64,000 nucleotides of DNA, from the NCBI GenBank assembly GCA_977017575.1, contig CDRNVI010000030.1, forward strand, positions 186,001-250,000, written 5' to 3'. Numbering within the stretch: the stretch's first letter is position 1; every line of letters starts with the position of its first letter. Below, piece after piece: positions 1 to 11,392 of this stretch. Both the position numbers and the translations under genes were made by a program. The DNA comes from Paramoeba atlantica. Taxonomy: Eukaryota > Protista > Discosea. Under the pieces are notes generated by a model. That model was not told the origin of the DNA, did no database searches, and saw only the letters and a program-made list of their open reading frames with translations.

Positions 1-2
1 AA

Positions 3-352
3 CCCTGGTAGGCCTCCCAAAATGACATATTTTCGACTAAAAAATGCGAAAAAGTATTTTTCGAACCCAAAGGGGTGTTTTTGTGTCGAAAGAATGATGT
101 GGTCATGCGTACGAGTGATTTCCCCCGCCGAAATGTCGGATTTAGTGCTCTGAGAGCGTACGTAGAAATGTCCCTATTTTTACCTAAAAATCGGCTATTT
201 TTGGCTCAAATCCTTCCGTTTTCTTCCGCGTTCCTGGCCAATTTTTCTCTTTAGGCTCTTCGTTAAACGCGGTGGTAGTTTTCAACGCGAAGCGCGCAGC
301 ATGAGTGACTTCTAAGTTAAAAATAACCACCGCGTTTAACGAGGAGCCTAAA
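3..352 (+). repeat. Left arm of a ~350-400 bp inverted repeat (partner 4597-4994); contains an internal palindrome at 240-359
   Basis: GGTAGGCCTCCCAAAATGAC... aligns by eye at roughly 80-85% to the reverse complement of 4597-4994 (GGTACGCCTCCCAAAATGAC...), apart from one ~45 bp indel. Confidence 0.85.
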
Positions 353-1028
353 GAGAATTGCGACACGAGAACAATAAGAGTCCAGCGGGTAAGTCCAGCG
401 GGTAACGCAGATGTGTCTAAGCCACGTGTGAATTGATTGTATGGTACCACCAAGAAGGCTAGGTGGGAAGGAAGCATCTCAAAAAGGTACCCCCCTGGTA
501 AAGTGATTTTTTTCTGCTCGAATTTGACGAAATGTGGCCCATAAATACCTCCACTGGAGGGAGCCTTTGAGTCCCACATCGGTCCACTCGATCCCGACAA
601 CTTCGAGATTTGTTGCACAACGCACACCTGTTCAGTCACACGCAGGTACGTATGTGTTCCAAGAGGAATCAGAATTTTCAATATCTGTGGTAAATTTCGT
701 ATTCCTGGGGTAAGTTCGCTATAATGCTTGTGAAAAATATTGTTTCGATTGGTTAATTCTATCCTGGTTATTTTCGTGACAAATCACCTGAACGGAAAAC
801 TCACAAGGAATGTACAACGTATTACAACATGCAGTGTAGGTGTGCCCGCAACACAATGAGGCGAATTTTGACGCTTTTGTAGTTTCACCCGACCCCGAGT
901 ACATTAGGAAAGAGTCCATAAGGAAGAAAGAGGTGGAAAACACCCACCGCAATACAGTGTAAAGGTGCAATGTGCCTATAAAGGTCAAATCCCCTGATGC
1001 CTTCATGTTAACCTCTACAAATATTTCC

Positions 1029-1943
1029 TCAATTGCTTTTTACGGTTATCCGTGTGCCATCCACGCCGAGAAGCTTCCTTCCCGCGCGCTCATCCTGCAA
1101 ACTGATGTTCTTCAACCCCTCGGGCAGCAAATCCGGATCGATTTCACCACAAAGTTCAGCATTACGGCTTAGCACAAGAAAACGCAAGCCCTCGGGGAGG
1201 TCATGAAAAAAGACTGTGCCACTGAAATCGTTATTCGCACAATCTAAAACTTCCATCGACGAAGGTAAATGCTGCAAACAAAGTGATCCGTAAAATTCGT
1301 TTTTCGAAAGGTCCAGATAAAATAGCTTTTGTGCAAGATGCGTGAGATCCACGACCCCGGTGAATCGATTACGACGAAGAAACAGATAAGACAGCGTCCC
1401 GGGGAGGTTAGTTAAATCAACATTCCCCTCTAACTCGTTGTCATGCAGCATTAATTCAAATAACAAGCTCGGGAGCTCGGTGAGCACCACAGCCCCATGC
1501 AACCGATTCCCACTTAACGCAAACTGTTTCGACATTTCCGGGAGATGGGCCAAATCGAGGACACCGGAAAACTCGTTATGTCGGATATCCAACATAGTGA
1601 GCGCCCCCGGGAGTTGCTCCAGGGCTACCGCTCCGCTCAGCGCGTTATCCATCATGGACAGATGGAGCAGCGTGGGGCACAGAAACTCCCAGCGTAGGGA
1701 CCCGGTAAGACGGTACCGCACCCAATCGATGGCGACAACTTTTTGGTCTTTCGAACAACTCACCCCACCCCACTCGCACGCCGAGAGGGAGGTGTTCCAG
1801 GAGGGATCGGGATAGATAATGTCCGCCGTGAACTGCGCAAGTTCGTATTCCTGGGGTAGCTGCGTTCCCCGTATTTTACTGGGGCGTTTCGCTGTGATGA
1901 TGCTACGCTCCGGAAGATCCATAGCCTCAGAAAATGAAAGCAT
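1029..1943 (-). CDS. LRR protein 1 (304 aa)
   Basis: LPQEYELAQF motif, WNTSLSACEWGGVSC LRRNT-like cap, then 23-aa repeats of the form xLxxLPxxLxxLxLxxNxFxGxV. Confidence 0.93.
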   Translation of the reverse strand: MLSFSEAMDLPERSIITAKRPSKIRGTQLPQEYELAQFTADIIYPDPSWNTSLSACEWGGVSCSKDQKVVAIDWVRYRLTGSLRWEFLCPTLLHLSMMDNALSGAVALEQLPGALTMLDIRHNEFSGVLDLAHLPEMSKQFALSGNRLHGAVVLTELPSLLFELMLHDNELEGNVDLTNLPGTLSYLFLRRNRFTGVVDLTHLAQKLFYLDLSKNEFYGSLCLQHLPSSMEVLDCANNDFSGTVFFHDLPEGLRFLVLSRNAELCGEIDPDLLPEGLKNISLQDERAGRKLLGVDGTRITVKSN

Positions 1944-2004
1944 TATGCGAGCTTAAATTGCAGCAATTGTTTTTATTTAGAGTAATTAGAGTGCACGAAA
2001 CCAT

Positions 2005-2463
2005 TTAAAATATTGGTGAAAAGGGCATATTTTTGTACCGACTCTTCCGACTGACTGAAAACGATTTTTGTAACATTTGAATAAATTTAAATATTTTATT
2101 GGAATCCTCCATTACAAAGGAACCGTTATTAAAAGAAAGTTAGCATCACCTTTAAAATTCTATTTCGCGCAACAATATGAGCCTCTACTGCGAAGGGTGT
2201 GATATATTTGAGTAAAATCCTACCATTGACTTACGGGATGAACATTCCTTCCTAGAATTTCTAAAAACTCTTCAGCGCCATGCGAATGTGAAAGGTGATT
2301 GCAATCCCGAAATACAAGCATTTGTAATATTTCTGTACAATATTACTGAGGAACGGTAATATATTTTTGTAAGTTTAAGAACTGTTTTCCACTCGTCGGG
2401 GAGAAATTTCAATAAAACCAAATTTTGGTACAAAAATATGCCCTTTTGACCAAAATATTTTAA
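2005..2463. mobile_element. MITE-like element with ~33 bp TIRs and TTAA at both ends
   Basis: TTAA-AATATTGGTGAAAAGGGCATATTTTTGTACC at 2005-2039 is inverted at 2427-2463; the interior is AT-rich and non-coding. Confidence 0.7.
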
Positions 2464-3499
2464 CTACGATAAGCTAAGAGTTACCACATACCCTGCACTA
2501 TACCCTGGTTTTACTACTACACAATCGTGATATACTGAACTTCCTTACCTTGGTGGTTGCTACTTCTACCACATTGTAAAGTTTTGTAGAATCATAAGAT
2601 CTCAACGACTTGCGGCCCCGAATCTCCGCCAGGAACCCGATCGATCGCCAAAGCGAAACGCCGGGCTCCAACCCCAACACAGATTCCCTCCCACACCCGA
2701 CCCAAGCGTCAATCTCATCCCTACCCTCCCATCCCCCCTCCCCTGGCAGCCGGTCTCCCTCCCTCCACCCCCTCCGGTTCCCTCGACCCCTAATCCTGCT
2801 AAAGCATAAAGTCGAGGGAACGGCTCTCTGTCCCCCACACGTCCCTCCAAACCCTCTTGTAATAAAGCATAACAGCCCTCTTTATAATAAAGCATAACAA
2901 CCCGAAATGTGTTACCCGCTCACTTCACTTCCCAGTCCTTTGGCTGTGGGGCTCCCCTGTGCTGTGGGCTTAGGAATCTTTAAACGAAGGTTAAAGTTCC
3001 AGCTTGCCTTGCCGTTACAAGGACCTTGGACTTTGAGCTTTGACCAGGTCGAGGTGTCTCTCACAGCTTCTCTCACACCTGTCATGATAGTATCGAGTAA
3101 AGAAGAGTTCGTCATGAAAGTGTTGAAGGAACTTGTGTTCAAACTTTGAACAGCAGTTTCTTTTAACTTCAAAGACAATGAGGTCACCGTCGACGTGGGG
3201 GGTTAGTTCCCCGAGAGGTCAACCGGTTATAGGGCGGGTGCAAGATACGTACATACATATAACGCACCCAGTTGACCTAAGTCAGTTGAGTTGTTCGTCG
3301 AATGGGATATGAACCAAAGGACTGGCTACCGTTTTCCCGATCCCGGAATCAACTCCCAATCCTTGGAACTTGACCATGTTCGGGCACATGGGTGGGAAAC
3401 CAGCTGAAGATCTGATCCCCACGTTTGAACGTGTCTATATTATCACCCGAAAGGTTTATTCCGCCATGCTTCGGTTACTTGACAACGGTGGATCGACAA

Positions 3500-3790
3500 G
3501 GATTATTTGTTCAAGCCACGTGAACTCATCGGTCAGCTGCGTGAAGCTTCGCAGTGTGGGGGAAGCGTCAATCTTCCTGCGCAACGTGAGCGCGTTGTAT
3601 ACAATTCTTCCTCAAATGTTTAACGACCAGCAATATTCCAGACATGCCCTACATCGTGGAACCTAGCATTCATACGACTCATCCACAAAGGTGAAGAAGC
3701 TAAAATACATAGGAGCTGGTGACCCATAGCACGTACAAGCTGCTTTTGGAACCTTCTGCACAGCAGCATGGCCTATGATTCATACACTGT
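3500..3790 (+). pseudogene. Degenerate non-LTR RT fragment related to the HERO-like elements
   Basis: Mixed-frame translation LYTILPQMFND...CPTSWNLAFIRLIHKGEEAKIHRSW*PIARTS matches LYPRIANTFND...CPPCWSSAVVKLIHKGGEKHIPKNWRPISLTS of the 44464-47106 ORF. Confidence 0.75.
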
Positions 3791-4596
3791 ATGCCACTTG
3801 TATGATGCCACTGTATTCATACACATGTGTGCCACTTGTTATTGTTGTTGTTACAAAACCTCCTACAATCCCCACATGCAAGCGCCGCAAGTACCATTCC
3901 GGCTTCCTTCTTCCTTAGGTCAACTTAGGTTTCTTGGGCCATGGGTTGCGCCGTCGGCTGGACCGCAAAGACCAGACCAGACACCCTAATCCTTTCTGTA
4001 ACCCGTCAGGCTTGAACTGCCCAGAATCATCCTAACTGCACGTGGGGCATTTTCCGCAGCCAAAGAACCATGGTCGAGGCCAGCTGATGGGCGGCGCCCA
4101 CCGTTACGACACAACACGAGCTTTCAACCAGAAAATACCCTCTCTACACCAATTACTGCTCGTCAATGTCATCACAAGCGACGATGTACAGTGTATATTA
4201 TTACCCCCTTTTCTCCGCAGACGAGACAACCGCCACGCGCGTGTGGTACTCTTCCTCCTCCACGTCCTCTCTCCCTATTGTGGCTCTCAGGAACCTCCCG
4301 GTCCCAACATTCCAGGAGCGTCTCCGCTCGAACCTCAACCGTCGTCGCAACGGAGGCCAAAAGACCTCGATCTCCTTGATCGCGACTATCCAGTGGCCAG
4401 CAATCCACCTTCGTGCGCTCCATGCTGAACACTCGCCCCCATGTGATCCCAACCACCACGTTGAGCCGTACACCAAGGGAGCGAATCGTATGTAGACAAT
4501 TATTTTTGTCCTTATCTTTTACTTCTCATGATCATTTATTTGAAGACATTTACAATAATATAAACAAAACTAAAAAAATACAATATTAATCAATAA

Positions 4597-4994
4597 TTTA
4601 GACTCTTCGTTAAACGCGGTGGTTATTTTCAACTTAGAAGTCACTCATGTTTGCGCGCTTCGCGTTGAAAACTACCTCCGCGTTTAATGAAGCGCCTAAA
4701 AAAGAAAAATTGGCTTCGAAAATGGAAGAAAACGGAAGGATTTGAGCCAAAAATAGCCGATTTTTAGGTAAGAATAACGTTTTTTTTCGTATTTTTGCTC
4801 TCAGAGCACTAAATCCGACATTTGCGTGTGGAAAATCACTCGTACGCATGAATTAAAGCCTACAGAACGTGTTGTGTAGATAATGCGCCCCCAACCACAC
4901 CATTCTTCCGACACAAAAAGACCCCTTTGGGTCCGAAAATTGCCTTTTCACCTTTTTTAGTCAAAAATGGGTCATTTTGGGAGGCGTACCACGG
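4597..4994 (-). repeat. Right arm of the long inverted repeat (partner 3-352)
   Basis: Reverse complement of 3-352, including the internal GTTAAACGCGGTGG/CCGCGTTTAA palindrome. Confidence 0.85.
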
Positions 4995-5559
4995 CTCCAA
5001 GAAGGGGTATCTTGTGAAAACAACAGTGTAGAAAGCTAGTATAGAGTAGGTCCCAAACTATCAAAATACAATAGGGGAAATAAATTCAAAAAAATATTTT
5101 TTTTGCCATTTTTTTCGCCGAGTTGAATTTTTTTTCAAAAACAAATTTCCGAAAAAATCCGAACTTGGCGGACCCGTCCTGCGGATACGAGGGGGGCTCA
5201 CCCCCGGGTAGGGGGGTGGAAAATTATCGCCGCGGCTTACTCTACCACTTCCTTGCGCTCGATTTTGAAAAGGAAAAACCTTGGAAAAAAATCGTGACGT
5301 ACGCCCCCCGGCTGGACCCCCCCCTAGACCCCCCATTTTTTTGATTTTTTTTTCAATTTTGGACCACCGGAGCCCCCTTTAATATTTTTTTATATTTTTG
5401 TCTTCTATTATAAACCACCCCCAATGAAAAGTGACCCACCCCTTTTTTTTCGTACAAGTGTCCATTTGAGATGATTTTTGTTGCATTTTGCAGATCTCAA
5501 CACAAAGACTCTGCGCGAGAAGGAATGAAACTAAAAGAAGCGAATAAGTATAATTTAGA

Positions 5560-5960
5560 GGGAAATTTCCATTTTGTCGCTTTTTCGCCGTTCAATTTTA
5601 TACACTGTTTAAGGCGAGAGTCAAAGCTTAAGACCGTTTTGTCGATTACTTTTTGAGGCAAAGAAGACCATACTTTTCGTACACATCGGATAAGTGAAGG
5701 TTTTTCGATGGGGTTTGTTCTACTGCCTCTTGAACCATAGACCAGACGTTTTCTATGCGGGAAAGGTCTGGTGAATTGGGGGGCCAATTCTTTAATAAAT
5801 CTTTCATTCTACTTGTAATGTAGTCCTTAGAGGCATGGGCGGTGTGTGCCGTTGCCCCATCTTGTCGAAAAATACAATTCATGGGGAATGTTACCTTTTT
5901 GAGCGTCTCTATGTAGGACATACTCGTGATAGACGAGTCAGAATCCAGAATAACCAAGTG
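5560..5960 (-). pseudogene. Tc1/mariner (DD34E-type) transposase C-terminal relic
   Basis: FRQDGATAH...WPPNSPDLSRIENVWS, then a frameshift to KVWSSLPQKVIDKTVLSFDSRLKQCIKLNG. Confidence 0.85.
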
Positions 5961-6289
5961 TGTCCACCCTACTCCTATGGCACCCCAAACTTGACATCTT
6001 GGCGCCCAGCGTACTTTTTGCCGCGGGACTGATTTTTTGACCGGGTGCTACCCACATATTCTTTCGGCTATCATTCGTGTCAACTATTTTTTCGTCTGTT
6101 TCATATTCTTTCGGCTATCATTCGTGTCAAATATTTTTTCGTCTGTTTCATCGCTCGAGCGAGCCCCGCTAAATAGGAGGGGGAAGGTGGTAGCTGTGGG
6201 GTATGGAGGCCTCTCGCAACTCCGGGGCCTCACCGGGAGCAGAGACGAGTGTTCACTATTTCTTGAAAACACATTCAATTTCCAAATAA

Positions 6290-6365
6290 TGCATCATCAA
6301 TGTGCTGTATGCATTATCAATGTGCTGTATGCATTATTAATGTGCTGTATGCATTATCAATGTGC
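6290..6365 (+). repeat. 20-bp minisatellite (TGTGCTGTATGCATTATCAA), continued at 9033-9099 beyond the Tc1 palindrome
   Basis: About 4 units on the left; the TATGCATTATCAATGTGC core recurs 3 times in the same orientation on the right. Confidence 0.9.
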
Positions 6366-6650
6366 TACAGTAACTAACAAAAGTGTTCAAATGTTTTCAC
6401 AAATTTTAATGTTTTTATATTTTACAAAAGAGATGCAGAGGATAATGCAGTAGTATATTACAGTAGTGTAGGCTGGAGTAGTGCTTACATTCCCACGTAC
6501 TTAGACTTCATCAACGATCTTACAATAAAAAACTATGAAAGATGTAATGCGATCCCAACACTTGAACACTTTTTTCACTTTTTTGAGATTATTTTTTTTT
6601 GACCAAAACTTTGCCTTACTTCACCCTTACCAAACCAAAATGACCAAAAC

Positions 6651-7670
6651 TTAATACTTCGTAAGTCCCCCCTTCGCCCTAATTACTGCCCTTAAACGAC
6701 GGGGCATGCTGCGGACAAGAGGAAGACATGCACTCGGAGGAAGGCCTGCCCACGCTTTTTGGGCGCGTTCCCAAAGTTCCAACATTCCTACGGGAGGATC
6801 TGGATGATCCGCAGTCGACTTTTTGAGCTCGCCCCATAGGTGCTCTATGGGATTTAAATCGGGAGACTGCGGGGGCCAGTCTAGGACACACAATTCTTGT
6901 AAACGAAGGAATTCCCGGGCCTTCTTACTCGTGTGCTTTGGATCATTATCTTGTTGGAAGATGATCCGGTCCTTCATGACTTCCAACTTGTGGAGGGAAG
7001 GAGACAAATTCTGTTGAAGTATTTGAACGTACTGTTCAGCATTCATGTTGCCATGAACCAGAGCAATGGAGCCCACGCCGTGAGCCATCATACACCCCCA
7101 TACCATGATGGATCCCCCACCGTACTTCACGGTGCTGTGTGTATTTCGCTCTGAAAGTGCTTCCCCAAAGCTCACCCACGCCCACCGGCTGCCATTCGAC
7201 TCGAAACGGCAGATCTTACTTTCATCAGTGAAAAGCACATGGCTCCAGTCGGCGTTCGTCCAATGCTCATACTTCTTTGCAAAGGCAAGACGTAGAGCTT
7301 TGTGACGCTTCGTAAGGTGGGGTTTCCGTAATTTCTTCTTCCCCTTCAAACCACGCTTCCGAAGGGAAACCCGAATGGTTTGGGGCGAAACATCTGCAAC
7401 CCCCTCATCTCTCAACCTTTTACTGGTCGCGACTGCATCCTTAGTTGCACCGCTGGTGATGAGGCGGCGGACGCGATTGGAGCATGTCTCTGTAAGCTTG
7501 CGAGGGCGACCTGTTTTCGGTTTGTTAACTAAGTTGGGTAGGTACTTTTTCTTAATGTTACTTACATTTCCTACGCTCAATTGTAGATCTGACGATACCT
7601 TCCGAATTGATAATCCGTTCTTTAGTTTTTCTATAACAAGCCTACGTAGATCACTGGGTGTACTGCGCAT
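6651..7670 (-). CDS. Tc1-family DD34E transposase (339 aa), left copy
   Basis: N-terminal HTH, GRPR motif, FTDESK / QQDNDPKH / SPDLNPIEHLW catalytic motifs; ORF open. Confidence 0.95.
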   Translation of the reverse strand: MRSTPSDLRRLVIEKLKNGLSIRKVSSDLQLSVGNVSNIKKKYLPNLVNKPKTGRPRKLTETCSNRVRRLITSGATKDAVATSKRLRDEGVADVSPQTIRVSLRKRGLKGKKKLRKPHLTKRHKALRLAFAKKYEHWTNADWSHVLFTDESKICRFESNGSRWAWVSFGEALSERNTHSTVKYGGGSIMVWGCMMAHGVGSIALVHGNMNAEQYVQILQQNLSPSLHKLEVMKDRIIFQQDNDPKHTSKKAREFLRLQELCVLDWPPQSPDLNPIEHLWGELKKSTADHPDPPVGMLELWERAQKAWAGLPPSACLPLVRSMPRRLRAVIRAKGGLTKY

Positions 7671-7727
7671 AGTGCAATGAAACGCAAGGTAAATAAAGAA
7701 AATCTTACTCCATTTACTATACTTTTT

Positions 7728-8747
7728 ATGCGCAGTACACCCAGTGATCTACGTAGGCTTGTTATAGAAAAACTAAAGAACGGATTATCAATTCGGAAGG
7801 TATCGTCAGATCTACAATTGAGCGTAGGAAATGTAAGTAACATTAAGAAAAAGTACCTACCCAACTTAGTTAACAAACCGAAAACAGATCGCCCTCGCAA
7901 GCTTACAGAGACATGCTCCAATCGCGTCCGCCGCCTCATCACCAGCGGTGCAACTAAGGATGCAGTCGCGACCAGTAAAAGGTTGAGAGATGAGGGGGTT
8001 GCAGATGTTTCGCCCCAAACCATTCGGGTTTCCCTTCGGAAGCGTGGTTTGAAGGGGAAGAAGAAATTACGGAAACCCCACCTTACGAAGCGTCACAAAG
8101 CTCTACGTCTTGCCTTTGCAAAGAAGTATGAGCATTGGACGAACGCCGACTGGAGCCATGTGCTTTTCACTGATGAAAGTAAGATCTGCCGTTTCGAGTC
8201 GAATGGCAGCCGGTGGGCGTGGGTGAGCTTTGGGGAAGCACTTTCAGAGCGAAATACTCACAGCACCGTGAAGTACGGTGGGGGATCCATCATGGTATGG
8301 GGGTGTATGATGGCTCACGGCGTGGGCTCCATTGCTCTGGTTCATGGCAACATGAATGCTGAACAGTACGTTCAAATACTTCAACAGAATTTGTCTCCTT
8401 CCCTCCACAAGTTGGAAGTCATGAAGGACCGGATCATCTTCCAACAAGATAATGATCCAAAGCACACGAGTAAGAAGGCCCGGGAATTCCTTCGTTTACA
8501 AGAATTGTGTGTCCTAGACTGGCCCCCGCAGTCTCCCGATTTAAATCCCATAGAGCACCTATGGGGCGAGCTCAAAAAGTCGACTGCGGATCATCCAGAT
8601 CCTCCCGTAGGAATGTTGGAACTTTGGGAACGCGCCCAAAAAGCGTGGGCAGGCCTTCCTCCGAGTGCATGTCTTCCTCTTGTCCGCAGCATGCCCCGTC
8701 GTTTAAGGGCAGTAATTAGGGCGAAGGGGGGACTTACGAAGTATTAA
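7728..8747 (+). CDS. Tc1-family DD34E transposase (339 aa from the homologous ATG), right copy
   Basis: Identical to the left copy except GRPR to DRPR; the ORF track extends to an upstream ATG at 7677 in the spacer. Confidence 0.95.
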   Translation: MRSTPSDLRRLVIEKLKNGLSIRKVSSDLQLSVGNVSNIKKKYLPNLVNKPKTDRPRKLTETCSNRVRRLITSGATKDAVATSKRLRDEGVADVSPQTIRVSLRKRGLKGKKKLRKPHLTKRHKALRLAFAKKYEHWTNADWSHVLFTDESKICRFESNGSRWAWVSFGEALSERNTHSTVKYGGGSIMVWGCMMAHGVGSIALVHGNMNAEQYVQILQQNLSPSLHKLEVMKDRIIFQQDNDPKHTSKKAREFLRLQELCVLDWPPQSPDLNPIEHLWGELKKSTADHPDPPVGMLELWERAQKAWAGLPPSACLPLVRSMPRRLRAVIRAKGGLTKY

Positions 8748-10224
8748 GTTTTGGTCATTTTGGTTTGGTAAGGGTGAAGTAAGGCAAAGTTTTGGTCAAA
8801 AAAAAATAATCTCAAAAAAGTGAAAAAAGTGTTCAAGTGTTGGGATCGCATTATATCTTTCATAGTTTTTTATTGTAAGATCGTTGATGAAGTCTAAGTA
8901 CGTGGGAATGTAAGCACTACTCCAGCCTACACTACTGTAATATACTACTGCATTATCCTCTGCATCTCTTTTGTAAAATATAAAAACATTAAAATTTGTG
9001 AAAACATTTGAACACTTTTGTTAGTTACTGTATATGCATTATCAATGTGCGGCACGTTATGCATTATCAATGTGCAGTAACTATGCATTATCAATGTGCG
9101 AGTGGGGACATAGGGTAATAGAGGGCGGTCTAACACTCCGAGAAATTCGACCAGTCAGCTATCCACGAGGAAGAACAATGGTTAGTGATCCGCACAGCTG
9201 CTCCGAATCCACACAGACCCTCCGAATAGGTCTGAGGTCTGGGGACCGACTCGGACCCCCCCGCATGGAACCAACTCCCGTACACGATGTGGTCGGTAAA
9301 CAACGTTAAACACGTCGGCTGAAACTGGTAGAGGCGTTCGGACCTCGCACCCCCAAACGTCTGTGAAGGACCTAGTATGTCACCCTTGAAGGAGGGTGAC
9401 AACTTCCCAAAGGGGGAACATCCTGAGGGAGCCAGCGGCCAGCCGGGGCGACCCGGTGCCCTTCATTCACTCAGAAACGCATTTGCCGTCCTGCGCTAGT
9501 CATCTGCGTTCGGGTAAGAAAATGTTGATTTCATGTGGATCAAAGCGTCGAAACTTCCTTCAGATCGCCGGGAAGAAACAAAGTAACCGATCATTCCCAA
9601 GTAATCGTCAGGGGTGCTCAAACGCCCACAAGAACGTCTCGCCGCGCTGACTTATTGCACTCTCGGCCAGAGTGTTGGATTTCTGGGTGATCTACCCATG
9701 GGAAAAGTTTCGACAGAGTGAATTACTATGCCATGTTACTAAAGAAATATGGTGCGACAAGTTAATAAAATTATGTGCTCAGAGACGCTGAAAATGGCTG
9801 CATGAATACGAAAATGATTTGAAAACGTTTAAAAAATTATTGTGAGCAATTTTGAAAAGAATCAATTTTTCGTCAAATATTTGTCCCTACCGCCCCATGA
9901 ATTTTTGACAATTTTTTCTCCAAAATATGACAATTTTTTCGTAAAAGAAAATCTAAAGCGCGTCGAATCCGTCAATTTAGTAGCCTATGTGATTTGTTTC
10001 TTCTCTACTACCAAATGTATATGCTTTAAATAATTCGGGTACTCTATGGTGAAAATGTACCCTAAAATTTCGATTTTTTCAAAGTGTTTTCACAAAACGA
10101 AATTGAAGAATAATGGGTGAAAGTCAAGCATTATTTCACAAAAAAAACATTTTTGTTGATGTTCTCATTTGATCATATTTTACTTACAAAGTGTTTTTTA
10201 GGATATTTTTCGCATATTTCTGCA

Positions 10225-11183
10225 CTATTCTCGATGGATTGCTCGTTTTGCCCCAATTTCCAATGTACAGACAGTATTAGCTATAGTGTGCTCGCCCGCG
10301 CCCCCGAAAATGATATTGTCGAGTGGTTGAAAGGCCACAAACTTGTTTTCCAGAGTGTCAGCTGTAGCAAGCGGCATGAAATTCGCATTTGCGATCACTG
10401 GGTCTGCCCCAATCGTTTGTGTCGGAGTCGTACATACCACATGGAGCCACTCTTAAGTTCCTTCGGTCGCCAAGCCAAGTTCTATATGGTATGGCGAACG
10501 GCAATGGTCGTGATCAATTGACTCTGAAAACACTTTTAAGTAGTCAAACTGTCACAGAATTGACAAAAAAGTTGGAACGTATTGTTGCTTCCGTTCATGA
10601 AGTGCGAACTGCGGCTGCACGAGGCACTGTTACTATCATGCAGAAGGACGAAACTTGCTTTTCTAAGCCAAAAAGGGGGGGGTAATAACCGACCAGCCCG
10701 CATTCGCCAGGGGGGATCAACCTGGGCATACGTCCTGACACAGACCTCTCGTTCTCGGAAAGCTGAGCAGATATTTGCAGCACGCTGGATGAACGCCGTA
10801 GTTCCTCGACTAATGACCCTGTGTTTGAACTGGCCGCAAGCGAACGTACCATTGTTCACACGGATGGATGGAGAGGCAGCAATGCCTTGGGCAACAGACT
10901 CAACCATGGAACAGTAAACCATCGCCGTCACTGGGTTGATCCTGTCACCGGGGTGCACACTCAGACTGCTGAGCGCATGAACGGAATGTTGAAAAAAGAA
11001 GTCCGCATGCGGGGCAACGACACACTTGGTAGTGGAATAGAAGCGCGAGACAACCGGCTGAAGTTCACCGGAGAAGTTGTAAACGGCAAGCTGAAAAGAG
11101 GAGAACAAGACGGTCATGCTCTCCGTCGCCTGTTTCAAGACGTGAAGTGGTATTGCGAGAACGTGGAAATCGTTCCAGAATAA
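10225..11183 (+). pseudogene. Merlin (IS1595/ISXO2-like) transposase, frameshifted
   Basis: IMQKDETCFSKPK, TIVHTDGW, VNH and VDPVTGVHTQTAE motifs spread across frames. Confidence 0.85.
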
Positions 11184-11392
11184 GTTTAAACTAGCGTTTA
11201 AGATAACTCGAAGAGAGGTTTAAGGTGCTATAAATTTTATAAAAGTCAATATGACCAGTCAATATGAGATTTTTCTGAAAGTGTGAAATATTGCTTGACT
11301 TTGACCGAAAAATGTTCTCGTATTCATCGTATTCGGTAATTTTATTAACTTTGCACCTATTTTTCTTGAGTTTTTGATCTGTCCTTCTCTGC

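Larger units (their letters stand above)
6368..9030. mobile_element. Palindromic composite Tc1 element: two 1304-bp inverted arms with a 55-bp spacer, flanked by TA
   Basis: TA|CAGTAACTAACAAAAGTGTTCAAATG at the left end and its exact reverse complement plus TA at the right end; arms 6368-7671 and 7727-9030 are near-identical (3 differences seen). Confidence 0.92.

Noticed and set aside
1-6. AACCCT as a telomere start
   Set aside because: A single hexamer that runs directly into the inverted-repeat arm.
184-1006. ORFs 184-681 and 719-1006 as genes
   Set aside because: No recognisable motif; the first overlaps the inverted-repeat arm.
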